DNA of 64,000 nucleotides from NCBI RefSeq assembly GCF_009914755.1, contig NC_060942.1, one strand, 5' to 3'. The stretch comes from the human T2T-CHM13v2.0 reference genome, Homo sapiens. Shown in pieces: positions 54,177 to 64,000 of the stretch; position 1 is the stretch's first letter; each line of letters starts with the position of its first letter. Below the pieces are notes generated by a model. The model was not told where the DNA came from. It ran no database searches and saw only the letters and a program-made list of their open reading frames with translations. Both the position numbers and the translations under genes were made by a program.

Positions 54177-57100
54177 TCCTCCAACTATCCCCACATCTTT
54201 ACTTTGAAAAGCTGTGTCCCCTGAGAAAGGCCTTTCCCCAAAGCCCTTTTGCTCTGTCATCGGCATCCCTGCAGCCTCTGCTGTGTGGCTCCCTGCAGGA
54301 CTATGCTCTTATCTGGGAGGGGAGGGCATTCCCATGACCACCCTGGCAGGCAGGAGCTCAGCACCTGATTTCTGAAAACTCACTCACTTGGTTCAGCTAT
54401 TCCGCTTCGGAGTGTAAGTTTCCTTAGCAGCCAGGGTATTCTAACTACCATATTTTCCAGGGTTTTGAAGGTCCACAGTGTGGTCATAAAGCCAAAGCTG
54501 CATCACCAGGCCTTTAGAGATTTCCCCCAAAGTATCTGAGTGCCCATTGGATGGGCTCGCAGCATGAAAGGACTACAGATGCTGCTTCACTTGCCCTTTT
54601 AGGCTAGTTAATTTCCAAATTCAACAGTCATACCAAATACATCAGGCCGATGAAGAACCGAAAAGAAGAAAAAGCGCCAAAGCTGTTTCAAACCTTCTTA
54701 TCTTTACGCCAAATACGCAGACACATAACTCTCTTTTTAAAAATTCAAGTTCATCATCTGGGAGGTTGAAGCCTTCAGTGATTCTTGTAGCTTTAGGACA
54801 GATTGGTTGCTGACTTCCAGATGATTTTTCCAGATTTCCACGCAGTGTGGTTGTTTTTTCTGTCTTCTGCAGAGCAGCTGGAGCCCTGTGCAATGGGCTG
54901 GAGAGGTTGAGGTCCCCTTGCACATTCTCCAGCCTGGCCTTCCACACCTGCCAGGATCCATCCTCAGCTCTTGTGAAACTAGTCCAGGGCCCCTTGTTAG
55001 CTGAAGTTTCTCCACCACACTGAGAGGATCTGCTTTGTTGAAACTCCTCGCAGAGCTCTGTGGTTGAGAGCAAATAAAAAAATAGTGCTCTGCTCATAGG
55101 TCTCATCAATGGTGTTGTGCACACTGTCCCCTAACCCACCTTTCCTGTGCACCTTCTCACAACTGGGATAAACGATGTATTTCAACTTTTTCAGCTCCAG
55201 ATGTTTGAAAACGTCACTCAGTCCTTACACAAGTCAGCCTTTGGTCTTGGTTTTGGCTGGATCTTTCTGGCACATACGGTCTTGGAAAGGGACCAGTTAT
55301 TGAAGCAGGCGCAGTTACACAGGCTTCCATTTCCTTACTGAACCTCTGGCTGCAGGGATCCCGCACCTGCGGCTGTGAATCTTAGCAAAGGCAGAGTGGT
55401 TGGGAGCAAGGAAGCTGCAGCGTCCCTCTGGAGTCCTGTGTCCCGCGGCTCTTCTGTCCTGCCCTGGGCCACAGGAATGCAGGGGACAGGGAAGTCCATC
55501 CCCCTGGATCTGAGGGGTCCACCTCCTGGGTTTGTGCATTATCACTGGCAAAAGCTGGGCTCCTGGCATTTTCTTGGAGATGCTGCTGCTTTCTCTCGCC
55601 ATTCTTGCCACATAATCTTCAGTGAGGTTGACTTCATGGCCTTGGGAACCTCTCTCTTTTTCCCCTTCTTCTTCAAGGGGATGCTGCAGTGGAAGGGCTT
55701 GTGCGGGGAGCCTCCTCACCTGACCCACGCGGCTTCTCTGGAAAGGGCTCATAGGGCTCCGGCTGAGAACACCACTGGTCTGCACACTGCGAGTGCTGCT
55801 GCTTTTTCAGTGCTGTCAGCATTTTCCCCAAACCCAGCCTTACTGGAATCTGGCTCTTCTTTAAACCATTTAAAAAATTATTCCATGGCTGCTGTTTAGA
55901 TTGCAATTTGGTGACTCGACTCTCTCTTCTTTCAGATGCAGCAGTCAGGTTGGGAAACTCCTTGACATCTTCAATTATTGGTGGCTCTTGAGCTATCAGG
56001 ATTCGTAATGCGATTTAGATTTTCGTATTTCGATTTAAACTTGCCTTTCTTTTCTTTCTATTTCTTTTTTTTTTTTTTCCCTGAGGCTTCATTTTGTTCA
56101 AGGTTGCCAGCATGTGATGCTTCAGACATTTTCACATGATGAATAACGTGTTTTCCTTTGTTATGGGAAGGATCTGAAGATAAAACTTCAAAAAATTATA
56201 CACTAACAACTTTAGGATCTGCTGATGAAGCACTTGTCTTCATAGGTACCCAGGTTTAGCATGGAAGCACCGTTTTTAGGGATTGGGGACAGTGCTATAC
56301 GTAATGTCTGCCAAACAGCATCACCACTGGTGTCCAGGATAACTCTTGTACAGGAAGGGGAGTTGGTAGCAGCATCAGAAGTTACAGATTCACTTGGATA
56401 ATTGTTTTTCACCACTCTTTCACCCTCTGAGAACATGTCAGCTGAATTCACCACTTCTCTTAGAAGACAAACGTTGGTCCACGTGGAGTAGCCCGATCCC
56501 CACTTGGGTTGCTTTTGTATCGTTGTTGCTTTTGTTCTCTGGACCTTGTAGTTGAGGAAAATCCAACCTGATAAATTCAAATTCAGGTTTGGTGGAAGAC
56601 CTACTTTTTGCAGTGGTTCTGTGTTTCCTGTTTGTTTTTTGTTGCCTAGGCTGTAGGGCAGTGGTTGGATCATATCTCACTGCAGCCTCAACTTCCCAGG
56701 CTCGAGGGATCCTGCCACCTCAGCCTCCTGAGTAGCTAAGACTACAGGCCTGCACCACCACGCCCAGCTAGTATTTTCATTTTTTGTAGAGATGGAGTCT
56801 CACTATATGGCCCAGGTGGTCTCTAACTCCTGGACTGAGATGATCTTACCGCCTCAGCCTCTCAAAATGCTGCTATTATAGGTATGAGACACCACACCTG
56901 ACTCCTGTCTATTTGTTTATAATATTAACCATTTGATTTCAAACTGTCCTCAGCATGAATGGACTAATGATGTGAATGTTTAGCTGATCTTGTCTCAGAT
57001 GATATGGTTCCATCAGCCCTTTTACTGTCAAACTTTTGCTCATTACACATTATTTTTTTCCTCATCATCGTTTGGTTCTTAAACAGAGTTTTGTTTCTTG

Positions 57101-57555
57101 TGGAAAATGGCACATGGAATCCTTTTGGAGCCTCACAGTTTGAAAACCTTGGTAACAACTGAGTTGGTTATAATCATACTGGGATCAGGTGCTGAGCAAG
57201 CATTTTGTGTAGAGTCGAGGGTAAAAGGAGAATAGGCGTATGGATGAAGAGTTATCTCAGAAGGTAAATTCTGAGGTGGGAAAGTTGAAGCTCCTGAGGC
57301 TATATCTTCAGAATATATTTTCTGCTCTGTCACTCCTGGCTCTGGAACAAATAGACAGTGTGTGGCTGCACAGCTAAGGAAAGCATATGCTTCTGAGGAC
57401 TCTGACCATGCCACCTTGGGCCCAGCTAATCTGGGAACGAAGGGTTTGACATCTACTGACAACTTATGGCCTTATCTTCCAGCTCACATGGTCCCTCCAA
57501 GGAGCACTGTGTAGGCTGTGTGGGGGTGGCCAGCAGCCAACCTGTAGGCTGGTCC
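54175..57555 (-). pseudogene. SECISBP2: Processed pseudogene of SECIS-binding protein 2 (symbol given is the parent gene)
   Basis: Colinear intronless minus-strand fragments match SBP2 from N to C terminus: VDVKPFVPR, SEITLHPYAYSPFTLDSTQN, QKFDSKRADGTISSE, KPEFEFIRLDFPQLQG, QKQPKWG, AATNSPSCTR, KKSQIPVRLGLGKMLTAL, LAPNHSAFAKIHSRR, L7Ae region CEKVHRKGGLGD...FALNHRAL, ASTSQMMNLNF-stop (54737). Start codon decayed near 57507; many frameshifts; 3' UTR-like sequence to ~54175. Confidence 0.95.
56638..56902 (-). mobile_element. AluJ inserted in the SECISBP2 pseudogene
   Basis: AluJ-type ctcactgcagcctcaact, tttttgtagagatggagtctcactat; degenerate TSD tcctgtttgttt (56626-56637) / tcctgtctattt (56903-56914). 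Confidence 0.9.
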
Positions 57556-57576
57556 TGATTCTTTCTTGATATCTGA

Positions 57577-57723
57577 TTTTTTTTTTTTTTTTAAGACAGA
57601 GTCTCACTCTAGTTGTATTTTTAGTTTCACCATATTGGCCAGGATGGTCTCGATCTCTTGACCTCGAGATTCACCTGCCTTGGCCTCCCAAAGTGCTGGG
57701 ATTACAGGCGTGAGCCACTGCGC
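57577..57723 (-). mobile_element. Internally deleted Alu (AluSc-like)
   Basis: Poly(T) plus agacagagtctcactct joined directly to ttgtatttttag and the left arm (ggatggtctcgatctcttgacctcg). Confidence 0.85.
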
Positions 57724-58959
57724 AAGCTTCTTATCATCACCCTCTCTTCTTTTCTCTACCCACTGCCACCTTCAAGGTCAATAGTTACCTTCACCACCTA
57801 CTTTGTTCTCTCTCCTCCAAAAGCAACATCTTTCCAAGATCGCAACCATTGACCTCATGAACTTCCCAAGTTCCTTCCCTCTGACTCCCTGTGGCCAGTG
57901 TTGCGCTCTGTCATGTGTCAGATGTACTATGTCAGTTTACACTCAGGGTAAGCTCTTCTCTTCCCAGGTGATACTCTTGTTAACATCGTCTGGGCTCTAA
58001 CACTGCCTGTGCCCTTTCACGTGCCTTTGCTTTTGCAAAATCCTGCCAGTTTCTCTACACTGGCACGGGATATAGCACCTATGTGACTGGGGGACAAATG
58101 TTTTTACCTGCAGATCACTTGGAGTTCATAATTTTTACTGTTACACTGTAGGTAGAGATTATGGTTGATTTAATTGTTCTCTATCAATAACACAGAGCAG
58201 AGCCAATTATTGAAATCAGGTCTGTTTGAATCCAGGATGAAGATCTTCCTTGTTTACCAGACTGATTTTTCCAAGTAACTGATTGAATGTGACACTTCTG
58301 CTCATATTGTTTATGTTCAATTACGATAACTTTTTTGGTATGATTTGAAGATTCTTTAAAATATTTGGTTTAGTGTACTTATGGTTCCTAGTCTTCATTT
58401 TTCTAAATGATAAACATTGAACTGAATGGAAAGTTAGGGGGTAAATTTTTTTATTAAGTGACGCTGAGTATTACTTAATGTATTTATCATCTTTTTCACT
58501 TTAGGATATTTTTTATTGTACAACTATTGCCTTTAAACCTGGGAAATCAGCAAACATTTTAGGAATCCTTTTCTTTTCTAAGCCTTTTATTGTTTACTGC
58601 AGCATTTTTAAGCTTTATCAATCAATTAGTGAACCAAAATTTTCCATTAAACATTCATCACAATAATGCCATCTGCATAAACACCCCACTACATTCCCTA
58701 AAAGTTGGGTCAAGTTCTTGGCCCAAAATAGTAATAATAATAGGGTATTGGGAGGGGAAATTACTACTCATAATTACCTCCATAACAGACCGACACTAGA
58801 ATACCATCCAGTACAACATCTGATATCAAAAGAGATGTGTGTTTTATTCTCTCTTAATCGTTGATGCTAGATAGACCTTTAAATTTTCCTGTAACGACTT
58901 TTTCCTTACAGGGGCTTTATGATTTGAAAGCCGTATTACAGGCACGCTTAATATTTCCT

Positions 58960-58989
58960 TATATATATATATATATGTATATATTTTAT

Positions 58990-59022
<33 letters not shown>
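58960..59022. repeat. (TA)n and (CA)n microsatellites
   Basis: Directly visible runs. Confidence 0.9.
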
Positions 59023-59023
<1 letters not shown>

Positions 59024-59649
59024 GTTTTAGTACAATCCCAACTTCACAATTTCCATCAGAAAGCATTGCTAGCTAATCTTTGAATGTCTGAGGAATAGTA
59101 ACTTATTGTTTTATCTTCTAAACTTTCTCATGCATAAAAAATTAATAACGTTTTGTATGCTTAATTCAGTTACGCCTTTATGTATTTCAATTGACTACTG
59201 TTTGTTCCAAATGTTTTGAATATAAACACTTTCATAGGACTGTAAGGTTCATTTATTTTCTTAACAAGGTTTATCTTGTTCAAAGATGATACTGTCATTG
59301 CAATATAAGAGAAAACAATGATGATAATACATAGCATTTTTAATCGATGTAATGCAGTTCAGAGTTTAAATTGTGACTGAAGCAGACTCCACATTTTCTC
59401 GCTTGAAATCACACATTAAAACATGCATTTTGGCACAGAGATGAAAATACATGACAGCAGGTTTTCTATTTTGATGGTGAATTTTAAGTAAAACTGGAAT
59501 TGTCATAATAAGAAATATTAAGTTCATGAAAATTCAGATAGTAATGGATAACTTTATCGCTCATTAATATTAATTAAAATTATATTTTAAATTATTTGTT
59601 TTAAAATAAAAGTATATAATTTATTGCAATGCATTAATAAAATATATAC

Positions 59650-60145
59650 AATGTATTTGCTACAAATTACAAAATGTCAAATTTCCCCCCAGATTAGCAC
59701 CTTAAAACAACCATTTTATTTTCCTCATGGTGTTGTGTTCCAGGAATTTGAAATGTGCTTGGCAGGGGAGTTCTGCTTAGAAAGAATATCTCATATAGCT
59801 GTAATCAGTTGTTGCCTTGGGCAGCAGTTCACTGAAGTTTCAACTTGGCTGAATGTTCAAGATCGCCCATTCAATCCTGGCATTTGAGGCTGGCTGGCTG
59901 CAGTAAGAGCCATGGTGTTGCTGACCAGATCACCTCCGCTTTCCAACATGGCAGTTTGAGGGTAGTCAAATTGCTTTCATGTTGGCTGCTTTGACCTGAG
60001 CAAATGTATAATCCAGACAGAAGCTGTCTGGACATAGTTGACCTAGCCTCAGACGTCATATAGGATTATTTCTTTCTTACTTCATTGGTGGAAAAAGTAC
60101 ATCAACATTCAAGAAGAGAAAACATAGACCCTATTCTTCAATAGT
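59650..60145 (-). mobile_element. MLT1 (G/H-like) MaLR LTR
   Basis: cttaaaacaaccattttatttt-ctcatg, caggaatttg, ggctgaatgttcaagat, ccaacatggcagtttgagggtagtc, gacctagcctcaga. Confidence 0.7.
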
Positions 60146-62217
60146 CTTCAAGACATTTCTGTAAATATCTTTGGAAGAATGGTCTGCCATATTAAGTTCT
60201 ATTGGTATATTTTAATAGTATTATGATGATTAAACCCATTACCAGCTTTTTTTTTAATTGAGAGAGAAATACTAATAAGTGGTTTTTCTTTAAAATTGTA
60301 TCTGTACCTTGGTAGGCCTGGAGAACATTGATATTCTGCTTTGGTGTATATGTTGACTGCTACCATAATTAGTTCACTTTTAACATGGCTGTGATTTTCC
60401 CACCAACATGGTTGGTGGCTTGGGCTACTATCATATATTTCTATCCCTTTGCAAAATTGTAACAACACAGATAGGTAAATAAATATAACAGCCAACATAA
60501 TACAGATAATTAGTTTTACTATAAAGTAATGACTTATAAATATTGCAAAGACAAAGATGATTTATGTTTAATTTGGATACATGATTGCTTTCAGAGGAGT
60601 TTGGGGATCAGAACAGACAGGGACAAAATGTTATTCAATCTCATCTTAATGCATATTGCTTTTATTTAAAAAGTAGGCAAAGTAAATATGACAAAATGTC
60701 AACCTTTATACATTCTGGGTTATGAGGATATAATTTTAGTTTATCTGCTTTTATGTAGTTTCAAAAATTCTCAATATGATATAGAATATTCATAATAGTT
60801 ATAGATGTGTATAATAAAATATTCTTTAACATGTATAACTTCACTTTTAAAATACAAGGTTAATTTTAAATATATCTTATTTTAATTTTGTCTGCTTTTA
60901 AATATACTGTACATTTTCTTTTATTTTAATCATTTCCACATATTAGAAATATGATATCAACAATTTAATCAAAATAAATGGCATTACATTTCAATTTAAT
61001 TAAATATTGTACATATCTTTACAGATCATTTGTACCTAAATAACTGCAAGTACAACAATATTATTTTTCTGCATTTATCATTCCAACCTAAACAGTCATG
61101 CCTCCTTGTGTGTGAAAACATTTCTTCCTTCCAATCTGTAAGACTGCCAAAATCAGAAGAGAGCCAGACTAATGACAGCGACTAGACTCGTTGTGTCTGG
61201 AAGGCACTGATAATGCTCCATGTGCATTAATGACATCTGTGTAACTGAAAACAGTGAGACTTAAATGGATCTTGGAATCATAAAAGAGTAGCAAGCAATT
61301 TCCCATTTTTCTGCTGTGTGAAATGGTGCTACTTTGCTATGTCTTCCTTGCATTAGTCTCTGAAATCAATATGCATGGAAAAAGCTGATCATTTTTAATA
61401 GGGTCACTTTATTAACTTAAGAGCTAAAATGTTATCCTAACTGAATACTGATTTGTTCTCAAATGTATAAATATAAATGACTTCCTCTAGAAGGGTCCTT
61501 TGGATCAATATTGAGTCCGCCACAGGGTCTTTTTGTAAAGGTAATAGGATAATGGTGAGAGGTGCCATGTGCTAAGAATTTTAACTGAGTTCATGCTAAC
61601 TAGTTCTTTAGAACCTAGAGAAAAATAGAACATGACCTAGAGAAGGCAGGGCAAAATAAAATCTAATTCCAAAATAAAGTCTAATGTTCAGCCAATTTTA
61701 TTTTACAATCTTTGTGTACTTTTCCATGTGAGTTATTCTGGTAATATAATCTTGTGATCTATAACCCACCACTTATTTTAGAGCAATATTAAGGACAATT
61801 TTTTTAGTGAGAGAAAAGGGTTAGTTTTTGTTTTTGTTGTTGACTTTGCAGTGTCGAAGTCTCCCATCATCTAATAATAATGGTGGACATTAAAGTGCTA
61901 ATTATGTACTAACATTTAGTCCACAGTTCAACACATTAGGTAGACATTTTTGCCCACCACTTAAAAATTGATTAGACTATTGTAACATGTATCAAGGTAC
62001 ACAGCTGTCAATTAGTGCAGTGCAAACTCAAACTAAATTCCAAATCTAAACTCTAGGAACTGAAATACTGTTTCACGTCACCTGTCTAATCTCATTAAAT
62101 CTCAAATCCCACAATTAGGCATTTATCTCTTTGTCCTTCTCAAGTTTTAAAATTTGACTTAACCTAACATGTAATTTAAGATTTGAATACAAAGTCACAA
62201 TTAGCCTGTCCAATGGT

Positions 62218-62675
62218 TGTATCGATTCAGGTGTCTACAAGAAAAGTAATTAAATACCCAACAGAGTAATGAGAAAAGTAAAAGGATGAATTACAAATGA
62301 AATCAACAAGGAGAGGAGAAACACCCCACAACCAGCCTAGAAGCAAGAAGAGGGAAGAGTTACCTTTACCACTATTGCAAGGGAGAGCTATGGCTCCAGC
62401 AATGGGAGAGCCACCTGATAGGAACTTTTATCCTCAAGAAAGAAGTGGAACCACTGACATCCCTGAGTCCAGGAAGCAAGAGGTCAATGGAACAAAGACA
62501 CCATTCTCATTCTCATTCTCCTTTCCCCCACAACCTCCAGCTTGTTTTGCTCATTGGTTGAACCCAAACTAAAGACGGGGCAAACATCCTTTTGTTTTCA
62601 TAATAGCCAGCAGCCCAGGAGATGAAGCAAAGCGAAGACAGGTGAGATGAAGGGACAAGGAGAATTTCCAGGACC
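62218..62675 (-). mobile_element. LTR33-like ERVL LTR
   Basis: gggagagccacctgataggaact, ctcattggttgaacccaaac and a purine-rich terminus. Confidence 0.5.
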
Positions 62676-62689
62676 ATGACATTTTTTGT

Positions 62690-63000
62690 GTTTCCAGTCT
62701 TTCTGCCATAACACAGATGCCTGAATATACATTGGCAATAGCAAGACAGAAATGTTTCTCTCCTGTGTAAGTCTCCAAAGGTGGATAGTCCAGCAGGGGT
62801 AAGTTTCCTCTGTTCCTCTAAACATAAATCTCCTCCTCTGCATCCAGAGATCCTGCCAACAGTCTTTAACCTAGGCAAAAGAAATGAGAAAAACCCGCAC
62901 CCTGCTTTGAAGAGCTTGTTGTGAAAGGGGCACCTGTCACTTCTCACATGCCGCTGTCCCAAAAAAGGTCATCCATTGCACAAAGGGCCCAGCTAAGGCT
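62690..63000 (-). mobile_element. MLT1J/K-like LTR fragment
   Basis: gccataaca...caagacagaaatgtttctctc...aggtggatagtccag. Confidence 0.45.
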
Positions 63001-64000
63001 TGGTGATTTTCATCATGAAAGCAGAGAGAACTGATGCTGATGTGAAACCATCAAAAGTGCTCCAGGGAGAAGAAAGAGCATGCATGAAAGCACTAAGACG
63101 TAAAGAAGCTTGCTTGGAAACATTTATGCCTGAAGAGAATGATGATTACCAGCATTTGTAAATATGCACACATATAAACTTTTCCTGAAGTTTACACATT
63201 ATGCCATATATTGTGCACAATATTTCTCTTAAAGTGCCTTGTCTTGGACAGTCAACTTGCTACATGGGCCAATAAAATGTGTATGCTAAACATACAGATT
63301 GAGTTTATTGCTGCAATAAAATAAAACTCATGGCAAATTTAGTAGGATATATTTCTAATGACATGCATAATTGTCTTTTTGCTACATGCTAATTATGTAG
63401 ATATAAATGAAATGCCATTTCCAAATAATACTAACTATAGTCACTTAAGTGGAACACCAAATCATGTATTTAATTCTCTGAGGTTTCTAATAGATGTTTT
63501 CACTAGGAGTGTTTAATTCTCCTGTGCATCCTTGTGAGGCAAAGTGAACAAACACCATTACCTGACGTTACCATCTTCTGGGGCAGTTGGATTTAACACT
63601 TTACTCTGAGATTCTCTATGTTCATTTTCTATTAGTGACTGTCTCCTCTACATATCATATCTCTAAGTTATTATGACATTGCCCTGCCCTTTTATAAGGG
63701 CCAAGAGTGAAGTTATGGTAAAGCAACGATGCACATTTAGAAAGAGGCAATACATTGTGAGGAGGTCAGTTCTCACTTCCTGCTTTTACATTTCACCCCT
63801 CCTTTGACTCTAAGTTCTAACAGTTCAAATTCAGTTATCGTTCTCAGGCCTATCCTAAGGAACATAATAAATACAGAATATTTTTTTCAAATCTATCTGC
63901 ACTAATTGTGCTGGGTATTATATGTCAAATGATAGACCAAGTAATTCCCTACTCAGATATAAAATTTATAATATGCAATTTTTATAAAAATTAATAAATG

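Noticed and set aside
55300-55800. Local CpG enrichment as a possible CpG island
   Set aside because: About 12 CpGs in 500 bp, an observed/expected ratio of roughly 0.3; explained by inherited coding sequence.
55375-55899. 174-aa plus-strand ORF
   Set aside because: Antisense shadow of GC-richer pseudogene sequence; non-ATG (GTG) start and no recognisable domain.
54737-57507. Functional SECISBP2 gene or retrogene
   Set aside because: No start codon, homology split across many frames, an Alu insertion in the coding region and degraded key motifs.

Overview
This is primate genomic DNA, almost certainly human given an AluYa5 with all five diagnostic bases. It is AT-rich and dominated by interspersed repeats, with no intact protein-coding gene, RNA gene, CRISPR array or operon. 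The only gene-derived sequence I recognise is an old, intronless, frameshifted processed pseudogene of SECISBP2 (SBP2) on the minus strand (~54175-57555). It is interrupted by an AluJ and cut off in its 3' UTR by a 5'-inverted L1. The rest is a layered transposon record: a degraded full-length L1PA with a nested younger L1 stub, a full-length Tigger1, a Tigger3b with an internal inverted insertion, MER41, MER57, MLT1, MLT2 and LTR33-like LTRs, about 13 Alu-family elements and many old L1M/MIR/L2 fragments. It also holds a higher-order (GATA)n-TTCCTGGA minisatellite and a young 167-bp dispersed duplication. I found no evidence of a new biological system. Subfamily names come from remembered consensus sequences and need RepeatMasker/Dfam confirmation.
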